A stretch of DNA of 64,000 nt, taken from the human T2T-CHM13v2.0 reference genome, Homo sapiens. Positions 53,660 through 64,000 of the stretch are shown one piece after another. How positions within the stretch are numbered: position 1 is the first letter of the stretch; each line of letters starts with the position of its first letter. Below the pieces are notes generated by a model. That model was not told the origin of the DNA. It worked only from the letters and a program-made list of their open reading frames with translations, and made no database searches. The position numbers were made by a program, and so were the translations under genes. The stretch is from the NCBI RefSeq assembly GCF_009914755.1, contig NC_060934.1; one strand, written 5' to 3'.

Positions 53660-54430
53660 TAATTCATTTAACAAAAGTGTATTGGGCACCTACTATGTCC
53701 CAGGCTCCATGCTAGGGCTGGGGAGCAATGGTGAGAAAGACTTCTCTCCTCCCCTCACTGAGCCAGCATTCTGCCTGGGAAGACAGACAATGGGCCAGTC
53801 AACACATGACCAGGCAACGTAGTAACAGGGCAATGAGGTAGACATGACCTGGGAGAGGCTACTTCAGAAAGTAGCATCTGAAGGTTAAGAAGGAAGCCAT
53901 CACATAAGGACCCAGGACAAGGCTTTCACGCCTAGGGCGCCTAGGGGACAATGCAGAGCTCCCAGGTCGGAGGGGCCTGTGCTCACCAGAGGGGGACTGG
54001 CTGGGGATCCAGCAGGGGAAAGGTGCTCAGCCTGAGACTGGGAAGCAGGAGTGACAGGTGTGTGGGGAATGGCAGGCGTGGGAAGCTACTGTAGGTGCCA
54101 TGAGTGGTGTTCTAGGGCCTTGAACAGGGAGATGGATGGAATTACTTCTTGGAGGATCATGCTGCTGTTATGCAGTGAATAAAGTGAGAAAGGGAAAGCA
54201 AGCAGAGAGAGCACTGCAGAGGCCATGGAGGAGGGGAGGTGGGGAGGAAGTATCACTGTGACACAGCCATGGCAGTAAGAGCAGCCATGCATGGTGGAGT
54301 ATGAGGTGTGTTTGGATCTGACTGTGAACTCTTTGTGGACAGGGAGTGATAGAGATTTGAGCCAATTGCTTAGGTTATTGGATTGAGCAAGTAAAGGATG
54401 GTGGTGACCCTTTCTGAGATGAGGATATCA
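53660..54430 (-). mobile_element. L2 fragments
   Basis: attcatttaacaaaagtgtattgggcacctactatgtcccagg..., gattgagcaagtaaaggatggtggtgaccctttctgagatg. Confidence 0.75.
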
Positions 54431-54912
54431 GAAGAATCAGGCTGTAAGGCAGGGAAGGAGGGATGTCAGTCCCTGCCCTGCCAGAGCGCAGGTTCTGTGG
54501 ACGACACAGTTGTGGAATGTGAGTCAGGTGCCAGATGGCCTTGGTGCTGAGTGTGAACTGATAGGAGCCTATGAAGGGACCACAGTTTATTTCCTTCCTC
54601 CCGCTCTGGTTCATTTGGACCCCACTGAAGACTGGGGAGGTTTCTGCAGCCAACATCAATAAAGTGGTGACAGAGAGCACCAATTGCAATCCAAAATCCT
54701 ACTGCTGAGGATTCATCACGAGCTTATTCATATGGCCAAAGAGAAACTGCAAGAGCAAAGGCTGTGTGCCTGGAGAATTCACACATTCCCCATTACTTTC
54801 CAGCAGGGAGTGGAGGACACATATACAGACCTCCCCTAAGTTAGTCAAGTAAGAGACCCAGCAGCAGTATAACAGTTCATGACAAGAAGGGGGATTGGAA
54901 AGAAAGGTAACT

Positions 54913-57111
54913 GTTTTCCAGGAGAAGGTGGGGCTGTCCATGCCACTCCTGGAAGATGTGGCTACAGACTCAGAGATAATGATGCTTCTAGTTCCCACAG
55001 TCAGTATATGAACCCAGCTGAGGATCAGAAGGACTCTGTGTGGTGAATGCACCACCATGTTTTGCAGAAAGCATAGTGTTTCCAAGGAAATCTCAGGAAA
55101 ATTACAAAATCTGTAACTTTAGCAACAGTTGGAGCTTCATTTGCTGGGGCAAAGGAAAAAAATTATAAATATTATCAGTGTCACTAACATGAGTTTACTA
55201 CACCTCTTCCACCTCCAAAGGCACTTTTTTCTGAATTCTTACCAAAAACCCATGTCCTGGTAATACAGCAGCCTTACACTTCCCTACACATGGCACTCCT
55301 GGGAGACTCAACCTGCAACTCCATCGTGTGAGAGTGGGATGTGCTTGAAGTCTTTCATCAAGGAAAAAATGTAAATTGGTATCCATCTGGTCAGATGATG
55401 AAACTGTTTTGTGTCCAAAATGTTAACAATAAAGTTCACTTCTTTGTAAACGATGATTTTATAAAATTGCAAGTAAATTGTCTTTGCAGAAAATTAATTG
55501 TGGGTTATCACTTGGACTCCAGTCACACAAGGGGGCTGTCTATGTTTCAGGGAGTGAGGGTGTACTTTCATTTGTTGTATTATACTCATACCCCAACTTT
55601 TTTGGACCTCATGCAGCTTTAGCCAACAGCAGTTTCTCTAAGCCGATGAGGTTACAACGCTGTGGAATGAAAAAGCCACTGCTGGCTTGTAATAGCGAGA
55701 ACAGATGTTGACAAGAGAAGAACTTCCTGCTATGGGGAACAAAGGCTGCATTGCACTGCAACAAATGGAGAAAGTGCTGTCATTTGTTCAATTACTAAAA
55801 CATAGCCCCATTTATGATATAATTTGGAATTCTGGTTCTACTGAGTTTTATGCTATTTATGGTTTTATGCCTGCCAAAGCTATGATTTTCAACTTGAAAT
55901 GTGATCTTGTGTTTGACCTTGGAACTGGTGCTCTAAGGCAGCCTATTCGGTCCTTGTGGCCATATATTAATACTAACTGGATTTGGAAATCTGAGGAACA
56001 AACGTGAGTGTGGGATATTAAAAGCTACAAACTTATTTCCAAACAAGTATCCTCTGATCATACATATTTTGCTAGGTACCTAGATGGGAGCACCTTTTAC
56101 TATCACACATGCTCCCAGGTTGTGTGTTAATAATGGATACAAGCTTTGACATTATACCAGCCCTATCCTGCATGAGTAAGATGTGTCACCAAATGTAGAA
56201 ATATGGCAGGCTTCTTGGCAGACATTTCTGGATGAACTATTTCCAGCAAAAGCAGTAACTTATCAAGCAGTTCCAAGTGAAGTACCCAACTAGGAACCTA
56301 AATTTGCAATGACTGATAGACTCCCAGCTTTAAGAAATAAAACAATCACCAATTCTAAGCTGTATGAAGAGAAATCACCCCAGAATAAGAAATCCCAACC
56401 AGGAAATGATAAACCATTAACAAAAGCAGCCCTGAAAAATCAAAGGAAATATAAAGCTAAGAAAGCTACAAAGCAGGAAGTAAGAAGTGACAAGAGTCCA
56501 GATTTGACACCTACCCCTGTCCCCCAGAGCACACCCTGAAATACAGTGTCTCAGTTAACATCTGGAAACCCTGAGATAGATGAAAAATTCAAGAACCTAA
56601 AAAGCCAAAAGCAACTGACTCTCAGTTAACATCTGGAAATCCTGAGATAGACGAAAAATTCAAGAACCTAAAAAGCCAAAAGCAGCTGAACCTTGAAAGA
56701 ACACAGCAACTGAAACACAGCTAGAAAAACAGTGAGTTAGAAAAATAAAAGATAGTTCCCTTCTCCAAGAGCTGGAAGATTTGAAAATGGTTACTTAAAG
56801 ATTCACAGAGAGCAGATTTATTAGTATAAATCCATAGAAACACATCTGGGTTAAATCCAGGAGAGCACCCTGAATATCCATGTACCCACACTTAATGCTC
56901 AAACATTATATTAACCATTTACCTAAGCTTTTGCACATTTGGGAAATTATGTATTAATGACCACTAAGTTAACATCTTTCAATGCAAGTTATAGAAAAGA
57001 CACATACAAATTTCTTAGGTAAGTTTGATAGACTAAAAGACGAATATCAATGACATTCAGTAGAGACCAGTATTTACCATATAAATGAATATGGGTATTT
57101 TAAACTAAAAC
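54913..57111 (+). pseudogene. EIF2A: Processed pseudogene (retrocopy) of EIF2A (eukaryotic translation initiation factor 2A, WD-repeat); symbol given is the parent gene
   Basis: Intronless, frameshifted homology to recalled EIF2A: GSEGL.VVN.PP.F.ES.VFPR (55021-), YPNFFGPHAALAN, PIYDIIWNSGSTEFYAIYGFMPAKAMIFNLKCDLVFDLGTG, PALRNK.ITNSKL.EE..PQN.K.Q.GNDKPL.K.ALKNQRK..AKKA.KQE.RSDKSPDL.PTP.PQSTP, LQELEDL...TAA (56796-56798). Start codon decayed to GTG at 54928. Candidate TSD aaa[g/t]aaa[g/t]gtaact at 54899-54912 and 57112-57125. Confidence 0.95.
56549..56689 (+). repeat. 71-bp tandem duplication within the EIF2A retrocopy
   Basis: tctcagttaacatctggaaa...aaaagccaaaagca.ctga starts at 56549 and 56620; 3 mismatches by eye. 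Confidence 0.95.
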
Positions 57112-57235
57112 AAATAAATGTAACTCACTAGACTGTAATCCAAAAGAAGTCGATGAAAACAAGGCGAACAAAAGTTTGTTTCTGTAACTTTAGAATGAAT
57201 ATATGTTTCTTTCTCTTCAATCTATATTCACTCAC

Positions 57236-59331
57236 TGATATGCTTTGGATGTTCATCGCTTCCAAATCTCATGTCGAAATGTGATCCCCAGTGTTGGAGG
57301 TGGGGCCTAATGGAAGGTGTTTGGATCATGGGGGTAGATCCCTCATTAATGGCTTGGTGCTGTTCTCATGATAGTGAGTGAGTTCTCACAAGACCGGGTT
57401 GTTTCCACCGTGAGTGGAAGCTTCTGAGGCCTCAACAGAAGCAGATGTCAGCACTGCACTTCTTGTACTATCTTCAGAATCATAAGCCAATTAAAAGTGT
57501 GTGGCATGTCCCCCTGCCCTCTTGCTCCCACTGTCACCATGTGACATGCATGCTCCCCCATTCACCTTCCACCATGATTGTAAGCTTCCTGAGGCCCTCA
57601 CCAAAAGCAGATGCCAGCACCACACTTCCTGTACTCTCTGTAGAACTATGAGCCAATTAAACTTCTTCTTTTCTTTATAAATTGCCCAGCCTCAGGTATT
57701 TCTTTACAGCAATGCAAAAATGGCCTAATACAGAAAATTGGTACTGGGGAGTAGGGCACTGCTATAAAGATACCTGAAAATGTGGAAGCAACTTTAGAAC
57801 TAGATAACTGACAGAGGTGGGAAGAGTTTGGAGGGCTCAGAGGAAGACAAGAAGATAAGGGAAAGTTTGGAACTTCTTGGAGACTAATTAAATGGTTGTG
57901 ACCAAAATAGTGATAGAAATATGGATAGTGAAGGCTAGGCTGATAAGGTATCAGATGGAAATGAGGAATTTATTGGGAACTGGAGCAAAGGTCACCCATG
58001 TTACACTCTCCCAAATAATTTGGTGGTATTGTATTCATGTCCTAAGGATCTAGGGAAGCCCGATCTTAAGAGTGATGACTTGGGGTATTTGGCAGAAGAA
58101 ATTTCTAAGCAACAAAGTGTTCAAGAAGTGACCTGGCTGCTTCCAACAACCTATAATCAGATAAGGGAGCAAAGGAATGACTTAAAGTTGGAATTTATAT
58201 TTAAGAGGGAAGCAGAGCATAAAAGTTTAGAAAATTTGCAGCCTGGCCATGTAGCAGAGAATTTAACCAGGCTGCAGAGAAACCACTTGCTAGAGAGATT
58301 AGCATGACTACAACAGAGCCAAGTGCTAATATCCAAGACAATGGGGAAAAGACCTCAAAGGCATTTCAGAGATCTTGAAAGCAGTACTCCCCATTATAGG
58401 CCCAGAAGCCTAGGAGGAAAACAATGGTTTCAGGAGCCAGACCTGGGACACCACTGCCCTCCACAGGCTTGGGATGCTGCTCCCTGCATCCTGCCTGCTC
58501 CAGCTCCAGCTGCAGCTCAAAAGTCCCCAGGTATAGCTCAGGCCACCACTCCAGAGGCTGCAATCCATATGCCTTGGTGGCTTATGTGGTGTTAAACCTG
58601 AAGGTGCACATAATGCAAGAATGAAGGAGGCTTGACAACTTCTACCTAGATATTAAAGGCTATATGAGAAAGCCTGGGTGCCCAGTTAGAGGCCTGCTGC
58701 AGGGGCAGAGCCCCCACAGAGAACCTCTACTAGGGCAATGCTGAAGGGAAATGTGGGGTTGGAGTCCACATGCCAAGTCCCCACTGGGGCACTGCCTAGT
58801 GATGAGCTTCAGATGAGACTTAGTACTTTTAGCTTGATGCTGGAATGAGTTAAGACAGAAGAGTTGGCAGCGGGGGGATCGTATTTTGCAATGTGAGAAG
58901 AACATGAGATTTAAGTGGCCAGGGGAGGAGTTATAGAGTTTGGATGTTTGTCCCCTTCAAATCTCAAGTTGAAATGTAATACCCAATGTTGGAGGTAGGA
59001 CCTAGTGGGAGGTTTCTGGGTCATGGGACAGATCCCTCATGAAGTCCTTGGTGCTGTCCTCTTGATAATAAGTGAATTCTCACAAACTCTGGTTGTTTAA
59101 GTGTGTGACACCTCTTCCCTCTCTCTCTTGCTCCCACTCTCACCATGTGAGATGCCTGCTCCCCCTTCACCTTCCACAATGAGTGGAAGCTTCCGAGGCC
59201 TCACCAGAAGCAGATGCCAGCACCACACTTCTTTTCCTATCTTCAGAACCATAAGCCAATTAAACCTCTTTTATTTGTCAATTACCCAGTCTCACATAGT
59301 TCCTTACAGCTGTTCAAAATGGCTTAATACA
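57236..59331 (+). mobile_element. MST (MSTA/B-type) MaLR element: 5'LTR 57236-57731, internal 57732-58930, 3'LTR 58931-59331
   Basis: Two LTRs (tttggatgtt...aaatctca...ttgaaatgt...taataca) around an MST-internal region starting gaaaattggtac; 5-bp TSD ctcac at 57231-57235 and 59332-59336. Confidence 0.94.
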
Positions 59332-61179
59332 CTCACCGAATTGCTCGGCATAAACTGAAGCAGTAAATTTGGGGAAAACTGAATTTCTTTCTAGTCTACT
59401 ACCTTAGGAAGGCCTTAAAATTCCATTAGTGAATTTTTAAGCCAGGATTCAGGCCTTGCTCTATTCAATGAGTGTGTATATTTGAGGAGCCTCAGAAGAG
59501 TCTGAATACGCAGTCAAGTGTTGTCATTCTCAAAAGAGGAATTCGGGCAATCTCTTTGATGGAACAGTCAATGATGGAGCTGGACACACAATTCTGGTGT
59601 GCTGAGCCACTCATTTATTTATGCATACTTATTTTGTGTTTCCTGCAAGCTAATCTTTGTGTAAATATAGCCAAGATATCATGAAAATTCCCATGTGGAG
59701 TCTGTTTGGAAGGACATTAGTAATACATTTGAAAGTTTCCAGCAGATAAAGTACCAGAATGAGAAAAAAAAGAATACTAAGTGACAAGAAAGGCATCCAG
59801 AGGGTAGAGGCTCCATTCAGCTGCTGACCTGTGGTTCCACTGTGGAGAGCACGTGAGAAGTCCCATTTCCTGCAGCTCTCTCTAAGGCCGCAGTGGCTGA
59901 CACAGAGCTGCTCTGCAGCAGCAGGTCTCTCTCTGGGCAGCGTCCAGCAGAGGCAGTTGATGGCTGCAGATTGTGGAGAGGGCACTATCTGCCTGGAGAG
60001 TGGTAGGTCTGCTGTGGATTTTCTCTGCTTTTAGTTTTATTTTGAATACAGATTTGAATTGTGGACAGTGTTGCAGGACATGGAATCTCTCTCTTAAGCT
60101 TTTTACCTAGCCAATTCTAGGTCTGATCACAATCCACACCTGGTTCTGGAGAATGACACCACTTTCCTCCTGTGGAGAGGCAGGATGCTGTAATCAAACT
60201 GCAGTATGTGGGAGGCAGACTGTGACTTGGGGAGCATGTTCCTGCCTCCTGGTTCTTAACTCTACATTGATGGTGGCCAGGCAAAAGACAAACAGGTATG
60301 AGTGACGAGAAACTGACCTTAGGTGGAGCCCTGGAGAAAGTCTTGGAATGCCACCTTCTACTGCTGTTGCTCTATGACCCCATCCTTTTCTTAATCCCTT
60401 GGCTGGAGAAACTGTAGGAAAAACCTTTCCTTCCCTCAGCTCCTGGAAACCCATTTGAAGTCTGGTTCCTATCATCCTTGCAGCCTAACCTTTTCTCTGG
60501 GAGAAACTGATTGAAGAATGTGACCAAGAGATTTATTCTCAGGGCTGCCACCAGAGATAAAAGAAGGGTCTGGGAGTGCAATGAAGAATTAGAAGCCTCA
60601 AAATCAAGCCATATTTCACAGGTTCCATTTGCACTTGGGGAGGGGAGGGGAGAAGAGAAAAGAAGGATGTTTCCACGCTTGCTCCTGCTGCGCTCCAGCT
60701 GAGAAACCACACAGCGTCCATCCTGCTGGACTCCTCGCTTTGCCCATGACACTCGCTGTGGGAATAGGGACCCAGGTAGCATATTTGTCATTCACACTTT
60801 CTTGAAATCAGCATCATACAATCACCAGCTTCCTTGGCATCTGCTCTCTATCCATTCCATAATAAATACCTCTCATTTCGTTCACATCGATATACAGTTT
60901 ACTGAGTCCTTTCACATTAGTTCACTCAAATCAATTTCCTGAGGAAAGCACCAAGTGAGGTTTTTGGGGGTGTAACAGTGAACAAGACTTGGAAGGCCCT
61001 TGTCCTCAGGGAGCTTACAGCCCAGTAGGGAGACAGGCATGGCCAATATAAGAAATCAATGACGGTATAGTAATTGCACATTGTTGTAAGTGTTGTAAAG
61101 CAAACAAATAGGACCTGAGATAATGCATATACTATTAAGAATTATATTAAATGCAAATCAATACAATTCTCAAGTTAAA

Positions 61180-61367
61180 AGGCAGGAGAGGAAGTGGGAG
61201 TGACTGCTTGATGAATACAGGGTCTCCTTTGGAAGTAATGAAAATGTTTTGGAACTAGATAGCAATGATGGTTGCACAACACTGTGAATGCACTAAATGC
61301 CACTGAATTGTTCAATTTAAAATGCTTCTATTTCATGTTATGTGAATTTCACCTCAATAAAAAATAA
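61180..61367 (+). mobile_element. L1MB-type 3' end
   Basis: aatgttttggaactagatagcaatgatggttgcacaacactgtgaatgcactaaatgccactgaattg...tgtgaatttcacctcaataaa. Confidence 0.88.
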
Positions 61368-61645
61368 AGAAACAATAATCTGTACTTATCTGCTCATATG
61401 TCTGATATCACTCATCATAATCATATCCAACTTTATTTGCTGGAAAACTACAAGTTTATGTTTTATACCACAATACCCATTCATATTTGATATAGACTTA
61501 AAATCTTCTACTATCTTATATATAAGTATATATGTTACATAGTACATGTTACATATATAGCATGATATGTGTTATATATAAATCATATATTTTATATATA
61601 TAAAACATATACTTTTTTATGTATATAACTTTTCTATATGTACAG

Positions 61646-62040
61646 TGTTAAATTTGACCCAAGGCTATCTCCATACTTTGAGTTCCTACATAACAAACTG
61701 CAACTTAGCATATAAACAAACCGAAACCTAATTTAGGAGTATAATTTTTAAGTTTGTTGTAACAAACAGCCAGATATCAGCCAACATAAGCAGTCAAGCA
61801 GTCAAGCTTCAGCCAATCACAGGCAGCCAACTGATAAGGCCACGCCCTAATAAGGCAATGGCTAACTAATCGAACTATTTCTGTGCTTTACTTCCAGGTT
61901 CTGTCTATAAATGCTCACTTCTCATATAGAGTGGAGCTCTCTGAACCTCTTCTGGTTCTGAACGCTGCCTAATTCATGAATCATTCTTTGCTCAAATACA
62001 ATCTGTTAAATTTATTTTGTCCAAAGTTTTTCTTTTAAGA
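61646..62040 (+). mobile_element. ERV1 solo LTR (MER57-like)
   Basis: tgttaaa start; aaacaaaccgaaacctaa; cagccaatcacaggcagccaac (CCAAT); ctataaat (TATA-like); ends cttttaaga. Confidence 0.85.
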
Positions 62041-63419
62041 ATAAATAATTGAATTGCTTTTTGCTATTAACATAGATCCATTTCCCTTCATAGAAGGGTA
62101 GCAGCCATCTTGTGTGAAATTCCTGTATCTCATTGTCTGTAGTAAACTTTTCCTTAGTCTTTTCCTCCAGGCTGAACTATCCCAGGACTCTACATTTTCT
62201 TCCTGATCAAGTTTCCCATCCCTTCAAGTCTTACCGTGATTATCTTTGAAGCCCATCCTATGGTCTTCATATTCTTTCCTCAGTGACGTTACCTTATGGG
62301 GCTCTTCGCAAGTGTCCTCTCCTACAAGGGTACACCTGGATCATGCCAGATATGCACCTGCACTGAACACAGAGGCTGCACATGCTGGAATATGTTGTCC
62401 TGGCTCCATCTTTCATAACTCTTACCCTTTCTGCACTCAGCCAGCTCTCCTGAGCTTTGGTTTCACCTTTCCATTCTGCCTTTCTGGGCCAGCTCCACAC
62501 TGGTCTGCACACTAGTCTCTTATAAATATATTTCTGATCTCTTCTCTAATTGAATAAAGTGACCGAATTGTTCAAATATCATGGAGATGAATGCCTTACT
62601 CAAAGATAGCAGACTGTATTCATATGCTCCAGCCTTTACATAAGAAAGATCATGCATGCATTGCACTGCATAGACATGTGCCCCTGGCAAGAGCCCCTGG
62701 CTTGAACATTTATCCTGAACAGCCATCCTGCATTCCTCCTATACTTGATATCCCTCTTCTCTCCCTGGTTCCTCATCTTCCTAGTTATTCTTCACCTGGT
62801 TTCATGCCTTTAGTCTTCTTTTTTGCTCTTCCTCTTTGTTTTAATAACTTGTTGGGAACTCTTTTCCTGGGTTGAAAAATTATGTTTTCTACTCTGTTTG
62901 GCTCTTAACTTTATATGGCTTGAACACACCCTCTGGCTGCTTTGGTACATGAGAATTACATGCACAGGAGTTTTGTCCCCACTGAACAATTTCTTCAGCT
63001 GAAGAGAGGAAGTATGTGGCATACACAGTATGTGCCATATTCCAAACACGTATCTGTTTTCCAAAGTAAAATGAGTTACTTAAGGACAAGAAACTCACAA
63101 TATGCAAACAAAAATCACAAAGGAAATGCTCAGAAAATGGTTTCCAAGGTGGATTTTCTCTAACTGAACAAGGGCCCAGGCATCATTCCCTTCCACCTCT
63201 TGAAACTGATGACTTCTCCAGGTTCCCACAAAACAGATTCTGTACTACACTGACACTTGATATGGGTCCAGTTAATTCTAAAACTCTGTGAAGTAAATGG
63301 GACAGCATGGTTATCCTTTCCTAGCAAAGGAATAAAAGAAAAGACCTGTAAGGTGAAAGGATTTACCCTCTGTTATACAGGAATTTATTGTGGTTTGAAT
63401 CTTTGCTTGTCTGAAAATA

Positions 63420-64000
<581 letters not shown>

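Noticed and set aside
55341-56539. ORFs with EIF2A peptides as a functional retrogene
   Set aside because: Start codon lost, multiple frameshifts and in-frame stops; each ORF is only partly in the EIF2A frame
58020-58624. ORFs in the MST internal region
   Set aside because: Decayed MaLR internal sequence with no intact reading frame

Overview
Primate (human-like) genomic DNA, intergenic or intronic. I can support no intact protein-coding exon; the ORF track is explained by simple repeats, TE remnants and one pseudogene. A large share of the window is interspersed repeat: Alu, L1PA/L1MA/L1M, L2, MIR, MaLR (MLT1 LTRs and a complete MST LTR-internal-LTR element), ERV1/ERVL solo LTRs, Tigger and MER3. 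The one gene-derived feature is a full-length, decayed, TSD-bounded processed pseudogene of EIF2A (54913-57111, +). Four observations stand out. (1) A ~61-nt stop-containing segment sits at what I infer is the EIF2A exon 1/exon 2 junction of the retrocopy, a possible fossil poison exon. (2) A duplicated branch point-(CT)n-AG-microexon-like module occurs at 12.7 and 13.8-14.5 kb, one copy with a ~590-nt AG-free pyrimidine tract. (3) An old inverted homologous pair that I do not recognise as a TE lies at 2.4 and 8.2 kb. (4) A segment of the 3' LTR appears copied into the 5' LTR of the MST element. I see no evidence of a novel multi-gene system. Subfamily names and the EIF2A reference sequence are recalled from memory, not searched, and boundaries of old repeats are approximate.
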